Positions 27,503 through 36,588 of a stretch of DNA of 64,000 nucleotides are shown piece by piece. Numbering within the stretch: the first letter of the stretch is position 1; every line of letters starts with the position of its first letter. A program made the position numbers and the translations under genes. Under the pieces are notes generated by a model that was not told the origin of the DNA, ran no database searches, and worked only from the letters and a program-made list of their open reading frames with translations. Source of the DNA: Gammaproteobacteria bacterium Ga0077536 (lineage in GTDB: Bacteria; Pseudomonadota; Gammaproteobacteria; Ga0077536); NCBI GenBank assembly GCA_001464935.1, contig LNEL01000046.1, positions 3,590 through 67,589 of the forward strand, written 5' to 3'.

Positions 27503-28950
27503 TTATCCGCGCTTATCCGGGGACACCCACCTCCTTATCCGCACGCTTATCCGGATATCCGGGGACACCCACCGATTGCTGCTTCGCCCCTGTTGTAGGC
27601 GGCAGTAAGGCTGCCTTAGCGTGACGGCACTGCCGGACCAAACGGTCTTCTCAGAAAGGGAAAAGGATGACCCGCCCACGCTCCACACTCGTGTCCGTCG
27701 CGGATACGCCGTACTACCACTGCATCGGACGCTGCGTTCGGCAGGCTTTTCTTTGCGGCAAAGATCCTGTCTCCGGCAAGAATTTCGATCATCGGAAGGA
27801 GCGCATTCTCGACCGGCTGGCGCTGCTCACGGACACTTTCGCTATCGACCTCTGTGCTTATGCGTTGATGTCGAATCACTACCATCTGGTGTTACGGATC
27901 GATCTGACACGCGCAGATGGGTGGACGGACGTTGAGGTTGTCGAGCGTTGGCGTCGCCTCTATGCAGGCCCAGTATGTATCTCCGCATTTCTGAATGGGC
28001 TCCCGCTCCAGGCTGACGAGCAGACGATGCTCAGCGACCTTGTTCCGGTCTGGCGGCGACGTCTCGCAGACCTCAGCTGGTTCATGCGTTGCCTCAATGA
28101 ACATATTGCGCGCTTTGCCAATGCCGAAGATCGCTGCACAGGTCGATTTTGGGAAGGGCGGTTCAAGTCACAGGCCTTGCTGGATGAAGAGGCGCTGTTG
28201 ACCGTCATGGCCTATGTGGATCTGAATCCCGTGCGGGCCGGGCTTGCTTCCTCCATCGAAGAATCGACCTTTACCTCCGGTCATCAACGGTTGCTCAGCA
28301 TGATCAAGCAAGACCCGTGCACCACCGACGCAACCAAACCCGCTCTGCTGCCCTTCACCCAAGCCATCCGCAGCGACGAAGACACCGGCCTCCCATTCAA
28401 CCTGCAGGACTATCTGGACCTGCTCGATACCAGCGGACGCGCCGTGCATCCGGGCAAGCCTGGCGTGATCCCTGCCAGCACACCGAAGCTCTTGTCCGTG
28501 TTCGGCCTGCACACCGGCGAATGGTTGAAGACCGTGTCCGAACTGCATGCCCGCTTTCGCCTGTTCGTCGGCGCGCCGCATCGACTACGCACCGTCGCAG
28601 CGGGCAAAGGCTGCCGATGGGTGCGCGGACATGCGGCGGCGCGGCGTCTCTACGCGCGGGCGAACGAATAACCTCCCCGCACACTCAGCAGTCCAAGATC
28701 AACGATTCGCCGCACGCCTGATGCTGCGACGGGCCGGCGTGGTACCGACAGAATTATCGGGGGCCGTAGCGACTCACTGCGTGCTGTCGGCGGTTCCCAT
28801 TCGCTCGTTATTCCACAGAGATGCCGAGACGACACCCAGCGGGGCCTGCTGAAAGGCTGGCCCGTGCTGAAAGATCAAGTTCAGAAAACTAGATGGGTGT
28901 CCTGGATGAAGCTGGATGAAGCTGAAAATTAGATGGGTGTCCTGAATGGA
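27503..28950. mobile_element. RAYT element bounded by duplicated GGACACCCA / TGGGTGTCC termini
   Basis: Left: TTATCCGGGGACACCCAC and ATATCCGGGGACACCCAC (27513-27572). Right: AGATGGGTGTCCTG twice (28891, 28931). GC lower than the flanks. Confidence 0.7.
27667..28671 (+). CDS. REP-associated tyrosine (HUH/Y1) transposase
   Basis: TPYYHCIGRCVRQAFLCG, AYALMSNHYHLVL (HUH), LSWFMRCLNE.IAR.AN.ED.CTGRFWEGRFKSQALLD, AYVDLNP. Confidence 0.93.
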   Translation: MTRPRSTLVSVADTPYYHCIGRCVRQAFLCGKDPVSGKNFDHRKERILDRLALLTDTFAIDLCAYALMSNHYHLVLRIDLTRADGWTDVEVVERWRRLYAGPVCISAFLNGLPLQADEQTMLSDLVPVWRRRLADLSWFMRCLNEHIARFANAEDRCTGRFWEGRFKSQALLDEEALLTVMAYVDLNPVRAGLASSIEESTFTSGHQRLLSMIKQDPCTTDATKPALLPFTQAIRSDEDTGLPFNLQDYLDLLDTSGRAVHPGKPGVIPASTPKLLSVFGLHTGEWLKTVSELHARFRLFVGAPHRLRTVAAGKGCRWVRGHAAARRLYARANE

Positions 28951-29033
28951 TAGAGCTATATGGAGTGCGACTCAGCCGTCGACGGCGCGAGCGCCGGTAA
29001 CCCGCTCGCGCGTGACACGCTGCGGCCCTGCGC

Positions 29034-29972
29034 TCAGATTTCGACCGTCGCAATGAAGTCCGTGACGTGATCGGCGAGACGCTTCTTCAGCGCCGCGCGC
29101 ACGCTGGCGAGGACGCCGACATCGACGATCGCCTGGCCCGAATTCTGCTGCAATCTGACTTTCTTCTTTCTGAGTTTGAAGAACAGCACCTGCGTCAGCT
29201 TCGAGTTGGCTTCGAGGCTGAAGGCCATCAGGTGCATCATGAGGCCGCCGTTCGGGAGCTGATCGGCGAGACCGATCTGGAAGTGGGTGGATTTCGAGTC
29301 GCGATGCTCGCGGTCGAAAATCGTGATCCACGGACTGTCGCGATCCATGCTCTGCATCGCGTCGAGCGTCGACAGCACCACGGCGAGCGCGGCCGGTGAC
29401 GGCCCCAGCAGCGCGGCTGCGACGTTGCGCACGGCCTGATGGGTCTCGAGACCGTCGAGCTGGCCGGCGTACTCGCGAAACCCGGACTGCTGGACGGACC
29501 AGCCGAGCTGCATCAACGCGCCGAAGTAGGCATCGAACCACGGCATGATGTTCGTGCGGTCCGGCACCTTGCGGTTCGCGGCGAGCTGCGCGAGCAGGGT
29601 CGCATTGCAGAGATCCTCGCGGCGCTGCGCGGGCACGCCGGCGGTGAACGACAGCACGCCGGAGCCGACGACCGCCGCCTGCGGTGTCATCTCGGCGAAC
29701 TCAGGAATCGTGGCGAGGTCGCGGCGTTGCGGACGCCTGGGCGCAGCCGGCAGGCGCGCGGCGATCACGAAAGCGCGCGCGCTGGCACGGGTCACTTTGG
29801 CCGGCGCGGCCGGTTTGCGTCGGGCCGGCGTCGGCTTCTTGATGCTGGCCGGCTTCGCCGCCTTCTTCGCTGCCGGCATGACTTTGCTGGCGACGGGCTT
29901 TTTCGCAATGACTTTCTTCGCCTTGGCCGGCTGGCGGCGCGGAACGAGCTTCTTCTTCGTGGCCATCTTCAT
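29034..29972 (-). CDS. Uncharacterised protein with Lys/Pro/Ala-rich N-terminal leader
   Basis: AAGGAG RBS; MKMATKKK...AAKKAAKPA leader, then a folded domain with SF..GV..REDL.NATLLAQLAA..W...Y...L..LGW. Confidence 0.75.
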   Translation of the reverse strand: MKMATKKKLVPRRQPAKAKKVIAKKPVASKVMPAAKKAAKPASIKKPTPARRKPAAPAKVTRASARAFVIAARLPAAPRRPQRRDLATIPEFAEMTPQAAVVGSGVLSFTAGVPAQRREDLCNATLLAQLAANRKVPDRTNIMPWFDAYFGALMQLGWSVQQSGFREYAGQLDGLETHQAVRNVAAALLGPSPAALAVVLSTLDAMQSMDRDSPWITIFDREHRDSKSTHFQIGLADQLPNGGLMMHLMAFSLEANSKLTQVLFFKLRKKKVRLQQNSGQAIVDVGVLASVRAALKKRLADHVTDFIATVEI

Positions 29973-30010
29973 TTCTCCTTGCGTGCTGCCCCGGCCGCTG
30001 CCGGCGCGAT

Positions 30011-33000
30011 TCAGGATGCCGCGTCGGCGAGCCCTTCCAGCACGGTGGTCAGGCTCGTCACGATAGGGGCGAGTCGCGCAGTCGGCTTGCCGGGGCCGCG
30101 CAGCACGCCGAGGATGAAGTCCAGGTGTTCGCGGATCGACGACACCTGGCGCGGACTCGCGCCACGCGCGATGGCGTCGCGATACGCGCGTAATGTGTCC
30201 TGCGTCAGCGCCGCGAGCGCCTTGCCGTCGGCGGCGAGCCTGGGCGCATGCGCGAGCAGCTTCAGGCAACAGAAATCACCGGGAGTCAGCGCTTCCCAGA
30301 AATCCGGATCTTCGTCCTGTTCCAGACGCGCGGCGGCGAGCAGCTCGGCGCCTCTGGTCGCGAAACCGATCGTGCGTTCGGTCACCGGCTTGCGCTGGCG
30401 AATGCCGAGCAGCAGCGTGGCGGTCGCCCAGTTCGTGTACGGATAGCTCGGCGAGCGGTCGCCGATGGCCGTGGCGCGGTCGAGCGCGGTGCGGTGGTAG
30501 TGCGCCATCTGCGTCAGCGCGTCGATGCAGTCACGGCCGTTGCCGAGCAGCGCGTTGATCAGCGCCAGGCGCTTGTGCGCGGCGCCGAGCAGATGCAGGC
30601 GCTCCAGGGTGTCGCCGAGCAGGCGCAGGTGTTCGAGCTCGGCGATGCTGTCACGAATCTCCTGCAGCAGCGGGCGCGCGCGCGCGGCCGGATCCTTGTG
30701 CCGCGACGTCAGCAATGTCTTGAAGCGTTCGGTCGCGAGCCGCACGCGATAGTTCGCGCGCTGTTCGATGACGGCGATAGACGCGTCGCCCTGTTCGGCG
30801 CGGATCGCGAGATCGAGCGCCTTGACGCCGTCTTCCCAGCACCGCGCTTCGCCGTAGCAGAAGCCGAGCGCCGCCGCGACATCACCGCGCTGGCGCCAGC
30901 CTTCGTTCAGCGGCGACACGCGCGAGAGCAGGGCGTCGATCATCGACACCGGATCACGATCGTCGCCGCCCGCCTTCAGCGAGCTCGCACAATTCTCGAG
31001 CGCGACCACGAGCTCGGCTGGCGTCGAGAACGGCGGTGGCGTCGCACGCTCCATCGGGCGGCCACGCACGAGCACGAAATTCGGATCGCCATAGCACTGA
31101 TACGCGCCCCAGGTGTTCACCGACGGGTGGCGGCGCCAGGTTTCCTCGCGCGCGAGACGCACGGCCTCGCCGAAGAAGTAGCCGGCCAGCATGCGGGCGT
31201 AGAAGATTTCGGCGAAGGTGTGGGCCGCGGCGTCGTCGACCGCCCAACCGGCGACGATCACCGCGCGCGCGCCCATCTGGATGAACTCGACGCCGAGATT
31301 CGCGGCGAGGCCCGGCCGATCGAGCGCCGGCGGCGACAACGTGCGGCCGAGATGGCAGCAGTTCACGAACACGAGTTCCGGCACCCAGCGCAGCTGCTGC
31401 ACGTCGCCCGGCGTCAGGAAGTCGGAGGGCCCGATCACCATGCCCGAGACCGGCGGCCCGCCCGGTGTCACCGCCGGCGCGAGGTGCACGCCGTGGCCGG
31501 CGAGATGCAGGATGCGCCAGGCGCGTCGATGCAGCTTGTGGAGAATGCTGTCCTTCTGCTCGTCGATTGAATCGAGCACCTCGAAGCCGAGCGCACCGAG
31601 CTGAGTGGCGACCTTCTGCGCTTCCTGGCGCGCGCCCGGCAGATCGGCGTACAGCGGGCTGTCGCCGAGGTCCGGATTGCCGACGACCAGCGCGCTCGGC
31701 GCGTCGCCGTGCGCTGGCTGTTCGCGGAACTGCCGGGCCTTCAGCTGGCGCAGCATGCCGGCCTGCACCGCCGGTGGCCGACCATTCTGGCCCCAGCGAT
31801 TGTCGAGCAGCTCCCACGGAAACCGCGCGGAGTAGGCGTCGACCTGCAGCACGATATTCTGCTGCTTCTGCGCCATCTGCCGCAGGCGCAAGGGCAGCAG
31901 CATTTCGAACAGTGTGCGCGCGGCTTCGAGGTTCGTGCCCGGCGTGGCCGAGGCCTGCTCGATGAAGCGCTCGGCGAGGGCGAGCTGTCCGGTCGACATC
32001 GTTTCCTCGGCGCGCGCGCGATCGGAAGCGAAGATGAAACGCAGCGCGTTGGCCGCCGAGTGTTCTTCGATGATCTCGAGCCGCTGCCACCACTCGGGCG
32101 CATCGTCGAAGCGGATACGCCGGCGCGGTGCACGGCCGGCCCGCAGGCCGCCGTCCCAACGCACCGCCGCCGCGAGCGGCCCGTCGGCGAGCGCGTCGCG
32201 CAACGCGTCGCAGGCGGTGATCGCGATGTCCTGGTAGAGCTCGATGAACTCGATGCGATCGATCACCACCTGGTGGTTGATCTCGCTCGCGACCAGCCGC
32301 TCGTTCGCGGCCATCGCCCCGCGCAGCATCGATTCGATCGAGTCGCGGATCGACAGCCCCGCCGCGCCGGAGCCGACGAACAGGCACGACACCGCCGCCG
32401 AGCGCACCGCGCCGGCGGCACCGAAGCGATCGTCCGGCCATTGCGCCACCTGCAGCGCGAACTCGAGCAGCGCCGAGGTCGCGCCCGCCTCGATCAGGCT
32501 CGGCGACAGTTCGCCCACCTGACCGAGCCCGATCACCACCGCGCCTTTCGGCCGCGCGCCGGCGCTGGCGTTGAAGAACGTCGCGCTGGTGCCGAGGCGG
32601 CCGGGATAGATGCCGAGCTCCAGGCGCGTGGCAAGCGAGCCGTTCAGCTGGCGATCGAGCACGCGCTCGGCGCTGACGATCGTGTCGCCGAGATAGTGGC
32701 CGACGACGACCGGATGACGTGCGTAACTCAAATCACCGTGCCGCACGCTGACTTCGATCGTCGGCAACTGCGGCGCGGTGCCGGTATCGGCATCGATGCC
32801 GGCGCCGCCGAAGCCGAGATGATCGGCGTCGCGCGTGCCCGGCACGTAATCGATGACGGCGGTGAGTGGCATCGGGAACAACGCGTCGACGTCTCGCGCG
32901 TCGCGCTTGCGGGCCGGCGGCGTGGCGGGCAGCTTGTTGGTGCTGCCCGTCATCAGCAGGTCGAGATAGCCGACGAACGCGCGCTGCTGCGTGCACAGGT

Positions 33001-35512
33001 TGTCGTGCGCCGTATTCTCGACATACCAGGTCGGCACGTCCGGCAGTTGCCCGGACGCCCAGGTGACCGTGCCGTCGCCCTCGGCGGTGCCGAAGAACTC
33101 GAAGCGCTGCGTCGGTGGCAGCAGCGGCGGGTCGACGGTGACGACCTTGTAGGCCGTCACCGTGGCCGGCTGGCACCCGGCGACGTAGCGCATCAGCGCG
33201 GGATCGGCCGGTTGCGCCTTCAACAGCTTCCAGCTCTCGCGCGCCGCGCGCAGCGTGGCGGCGTCGGCGAGCGGCCAGCGCGCATCCAGGGCCTGCCTGA
33301 GCTTCTTCCACAGCCCGACGTCGGCGTAATCCGGATCCGTGTCGGCGAACGGCAGCAGTTCGAGTACGCCCGGGTACTGCCGCACGATGTCGATGATCCC
33401 GTTCATGTCGTGACGGAAATCGAGCAGGGCGAGCTTGCCCTGCGTCGGATTGAAGCCGACGAGCCAGCGCATCGCCTCGAGCGAGCCGCGGTTCGGCGTG
33501 CCGAGCATCAGGAAGCGGCTGTCCGGCAATTGCGTGATCCGCTGCCACAGCGCCGCGCCGGCGGGCTGCGCCATCATCGCGCGGGCGACGAGCCCGCCCA
33601 TCGAATGCGCGACGAGATGCACGGGCTGCTGCTCGGCCTCGGCGCGCGGCAGCCACTGCGCCAGCTTCGCGGCGAGACGCCGCCCGTTCTCCAGCACCGA
33701 GTAGCGCCAGTCGTAGCTGAACACTTCGACGCGATGCGTGCGGGTCAGGAACTCGAGCAGCGGGCCGTAGAAATCGTCAATCGCGTCCAGCGGCTCGACG
33801 CCGTCGACACCCCAGCCGAGTTTCGCGAGCCCGCCGCGCAGCAGCGAGAAGTAGTTGAGCCATACGTGCTCGCCGTCGATCTGCAGATGGCTGCCCATCA
33901 TGCCGGGGATCATCACCGCGAGCGGGCGCCGATCGGTGCCGGCGCGGCTGCGCGCGACGAGGCTGCGCCACTTCGGCTCTTCTTTCGGCGCGAGCGTCAG
34001 CGAGGTGAAGCCGGCCTGGTCGCCCTCGCGTCGCGTGAGTCCTGCGGCGAGCCAGCGCACCGTGCGCGCGTTGCTGAAGTAGTGGAAGTGATCGACGTCC
34101 GGACCCTGGTCGCGGCCATAGCGGCCGACGCCCGCCTTGCGCGCGAGCCCGCCCGTCATCGACGCCGTGTTGACCACGAGGTCGTGCTCGGCGCCGTAGA
34201 ACCCGTCCGCCATCAGCAGCTTGAAGCGTCGCCACAGCGAATCGCCTTCGATGTCACCGACTATCGCCGTCAGATCGGCGTCGGTGACGAGCGCCGGGTG
34301 ATTCAGCAGACGGGTGACGGCCGAGCCCGGCATCATCGCTTCGAGGCCAGGCAATGTCCGCGGATCCGTGCGTTCCTTGACGACGGCGAACAGGAAATCC
34401 ATCGCATCGCCGAACAGCGGCACCGGCAGCAGACGGCTGCTCAGATCGTTCAGCACCGACAGCCAGCGATCCAGCCGGCCCGACGCGAGCGTGGTGCCGC
34501 GCGCCGGTGCGGCGACGCGCACGTAGCGCTGAATGTCGAGCCGTCGCGCGATCAGCGCTTCGAGGTGGGTCAGGTCCTGCGCATAGGCGGCGAGACGGGC
34601 GGCTTCGTCTTCGGCCGCGAGCGGCGCGAGGCCGAGCTGCGGCGCGATCGTGCGATCGGCGGCGAACAGCGTGCGCAGCGTCTGCGCGTCGAGCAGCGTC
34701 GCGGCGGCGTCGGCGGCACCGAGACACAGGAGTTCGCCGACGAGTCCGCCGCGCGAATGCGTCACGAGATGGACGGGCGTGCCCGACGGCAGGCTGGCGG
34801 CAAGGCCGGCGGCATTGGCGATCGGGCTCGCGGTCAGCGTGCGATGTTCGTAGGCGTAGACGCGCGTGCCGTAGAGCGCCTTCAGCGTGGCGCGCAGCGC
34901 GGCGCCTTCGACATTGCCCGGCGCCCACAGCTCGCCGAAGCCCCCGCGCAGGCTGGAGAAGGTGCCGTGGATGAAGACGAGCACGGGCGCGGTGCCGGCG
35001 GGCACGGTCGCCACGGCTTCGAGCGGCGCGGCGAGATCGTCGAGCGAACAGCGGTAGAGGCCTTCGCCGGGCACGCCGCTGGTGGCGAAAGTGCGTGCCT
35101 CGAGGGTTTCGCACAGCTTCTTTGCGCTGCGTGCGGTGATGTCGTAGCCGAAGAATTCGAGCGTCTTGATCGCCGCGCTGACCACGCCGCGCTCGTCGCG
35201 GACGGTCGCGCCGGCCGGCGCCCGCAGGCGGTCGAGATCCCAGGCCACCCCGCCGTCGCGCGCGGTGCCCGCGTCGCCGTGCTCGCGTAGCAGATCGTCG
35301 GCACGCGTCCACAGCACGAAGCCGTTTTCGAGTTCGACGCGCACGATGTCGTCGTCGCGCACGGGGATGGCCTCGGCCGCGCCGTCGCGCGCCGCGCCCG
35401 GCGCCAGCGTGCGTCGCCGCAGATCCGGATGCGCCGCCTGCACGCGCGCGAGCCACGCGTGGTCCGGCGTGGCCTGCACCACGCCGCGGATTCGATGTTC
35501 GCGCTCACTCAT
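30011..35512 (-). CDS. Multidomain protein: two alpha/beta-hydrolase (lipase/LCAT-like) domains, CHAT protease, TPR-like C-terminus
   Basis: FIHGTFSS..THSRGG; IPGMMGS..YDWR..AHSMGG..LGTPNRGS..GDGTV; FPWELL, LPGARQEA, HLAGHG, FVNCCHLG, GWAVDD, WGAYQCYGDP. Confidence 0.9.
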   Translation of the reverse strand: MSEREHRIRGVVQATPDHAWLARVQAAHPDLRRRTLAPGAARDGAAEAIPVRDDDIVRVELENGFVLWTRADDLLREHGDAGTARDGGVAWDLDRLRAPAGATVRDERGVVSAAIKTLEFFGYDITARSAKKLCETLEARTFATSGVPGEGLYRCSLDDLAAPLEAVATVPAGTAPVLVFIHGTFSSLRGGFGELWAPGNVEGAALRATLKALYGTRVYAYEHRTLTASPIANAAGLAASLPSGTPVHLVTHSRGGLVGELLCLGAADAAATLLDAQTLRTLFAADRTIAPQLGLAPLAAEDEAARLAAYAQDLTHLEALIARRLDIQRYVRVAAPARGTTLASGRLDRWLSVLNDLSSRLLPVPLFGDAMDFLFAVVKERTDPRTLPGLEAMMPGSAVTRLLNHPALVTDADLTAIVGDIEGDSLWRRFKLLMADGFYGAEHDLVVNTASMTGGLARKAGVGRYGRDQGPDVDHFHYFSNARTVRWLAAGLTRREGDQAGFTSLTLAPKEEPKWRSLVARSRAGTDRRPLAVMIPGMMGSHLQIDGEHVWLNYFSLLRGGLAKLGWGVDGVEPLDAIDDFYGPLLEFLTRTHRVEVFSYDWRYSVLENGRRLAAKLAQWLPRAEAEQQPVHLVAHSMGGLVARAMMAQPAGAALWQRITQLPDSRFLMLGTPNRGSLEAMRWLVGFNPTQGKLALLDFRHDMNGIIDIVRQYPGVLELLPFADTDPDYADVGLWKKLRQALDARWPLADAATLRAARESWKLLKAQPADPALMRYVAGCQPATVTAYKVVTVDPPLLPPTQRFEFFGTAEGDGTVTWASGQLPDVPTWYVENTAHDNLCTQQRAFVGYLDLLMTGSTNKLPATPPARKRDARDVDALFPMPLTAVIDYVPGTRDADHLGFGGAGIDADTGTAPQLPTIEVSVRHGDLSYARHPVVVGHYLGDTIVSAERVLDRQLNGSLATRLELGIYPGRLGTSATFFNASAGARPKGAVVIGLGQVGELSPSLIEAGATSALLEFALQVAQWPDDRFGAAGAVRSAAVSCLFVGSGAAGLSIRDSIESMLRGAMAANERLVASEINHQVVIDRIEFIELYQDIAITACDALRDALADGPLAAAVRWDGGLRAGRAPRRRIRFDDAPEWWQRLEIIEEHSAANALRFIFASDRARAEETMSTGQLALAERFIEQASATPGTNLEAARTLFEMLLPLRLRQMAQKQQNIVLQVDAYSARFPWELLDNRWGQNGRPPAVQAGMLRQLKARQFREQPAHGDAPSALVVGNPDLGDSPLYADLPGARQEAQKVATQLGALGFEVLDSIDEQKDSILHKLHRRAWRILHLAGHGVHLAPAVTPGGPPVSGMVIGPSDFLTPGDVQQLRWVPELVFVNCCHLGRTLSPPALDRPGLAANLGVEFIQMGARAVIVAGWAVDDAAAHTFAEIFYARMLAGYFFGEAVRLAREETWRRHPSVNTWGAYQCYGDPNFVLVRGRPMERATPPPFSTPAELVVALENCASSLKAGGDDRDPVSMIDALLSRVSPLNEGWRQRGDVAAALGFCYGEARCWEDGVKALDLAIRAEQGDASIAVIEQRANYRVRLATERFKTLLTSRHKDPAARARPLLQEIRDSIAELEHLRLLGDTLERLHLLGAAHKRLALINALLGNGRDCIDALTQMAHYHRTALDRATAIGDRSPSYPYTNWATATLLLGIRQRKPVTERTIGFATRGAELLAAARLEQDEDPDFWEALTPGDFCCLKLLAHAPRLAADGKALAALTQDTLRAYRDAIARGASPRQVSSIREHLDFILGVLRGPGKPTARLAPIVTSLTTVLEGLADAAS

Positions 35513-35620
35513 CACAGTTTCCTGGCTGGGGGTCAGGGGCAAAGACGGATCTGGCCCCGATCGTTATCGGACGTGCGGGCTGCCGTGATGCGCGGCGCGC
35601 ACGCGGGGACCGGCCCGTGC

Positions 35621-36454
35621 TCATGCCAGCACCTTGTGCTTCTTCATCGCCGCGACGCCGACGAGCTGCGGACTCTGCGGGAAGCTCGCCGACGGCAGGT
35701 GTTCACCGATCCGGCGATGCCAGTCGGCGTAGGTCGCGGCAGGCGGCAGGGTGTGCAGGGTCTTCAACGCGTAATACGTGAACGCCCCGTTCGGGCGCGA
35801 GCGGAAGCTCGCGTCGTAGCTGTAGTTGTTGGGGCCTTCCCGGCAGCCCGACATCAGCAGATCGCCGGGCCGGCTCGCGACCACGCCGCGGAACGCGGAA
35901 CCGGTGGTCGGCGCGACAACGGTCGCCGCCACTCCGCCGCCACGGCGGCGCGGCAGCGCGGCCTGCGGCAGCCAGTTGCCCATCGGCATGAAGCGCGGAC
36001 GCGGGCCGTCGGCGTCGGCATCGGCCGGGGCCGCGCGCGTGACGGTGCCCGAGTGGCAGCTGTCGCTGAGCAGCAGCAGTCGCGCGCCGGGGTCGAGCTT
36101 CAGGAACAGCGCGCGGATTTCGTCGTCTGTCAGGGCCCCCTTTGTTTTCAGATCGTAGGGACACAAGGCCTCGTCGAGGCCATCGGCTTCATCGTCGTTG
36201 GTGTCGGGCTGGTAGGTGCCATGGCCGGAGAACGTGATGACGAGGTGATCGCCCCGCTTCGCCGCCTTGATGATCCGGCGCAAGCCCGCGACCATCGCGG
36301 CTTTCGTCGCCCGGGCGTCGATCAGCGAGCGCACGGTGTAGCCGCGCGCCGTGAGTGCCGCGGCCCAGTCCCGGGCATCGTTGACGCAGCCCTTCAAATC
36401 CATGCCGGTGCCGGGATAGTTGTTGATCCCGATGCACAGTGCGAGTCTGGCCAT
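35621..36454 (-). CDS. Caspase-family peptidase C14 (metacaspase-like)
   Basis: ALCIGINNYP..LKGCVNDA, FSGHG, DEADG.DEALCPYD, DSCHSG, GAFTY, QSPQL. Confidence 0.93.
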   Translation of the reverse strand: MARLALCIGINNYPGTGMDLKGCVNDARDWAAALTARGYTVRSLIDARATKAAMVAGLRRIIKAAKRGDHLVITFSGHGTYQPDTNDDEADGLDEALCPYDLKTKGALTDDEIRALFLKLDPGARLLLLSDSCHSGTVTRAAPADADADGPRPRFMPMGNWLPQAALPRRRGGGVAATVVAPTTGSAFRGVVASRPGDLLMSGCREGPNNYSYDASFRSRPNGAFTYYALKTLHTLPPAATYADWHRRIGEHLPSASFPQSPQLVGVAAMKKHKVLA

Positions 36455-36588
36455 GATCCCCTCCGTGGGCGCGCGTCGTGTCATTGCGCCGGGACGCGGA
36501 TGGCACCGTCGCATGCGTTGTTTATAGCAGTAACGCAGCGCGCTTTGCGACATAATCCGTCGCACTCTTCCGCCGGACGCGATGCGTC

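Noticed and set aside
27503-27575. Short repeats upstream of the transposase as a CRISPR array
   Set aside because: Irregular 8-18 bp units with no fixed-length spacers and no cas genes; better explained as RAYT termini.
29034-29972. Calling this gene a bacterial gasdermin
   Set aside because: No recognisable gasdermin features such as an N-terminal Cys or a C-terminal inhibitory peptide; left as an unknown effector.
30248-35290. 1193-aa and 440-aa + strand ORFs
   Set aside because: Antisense to the CHAT gene; typical high-GC shadow frames.
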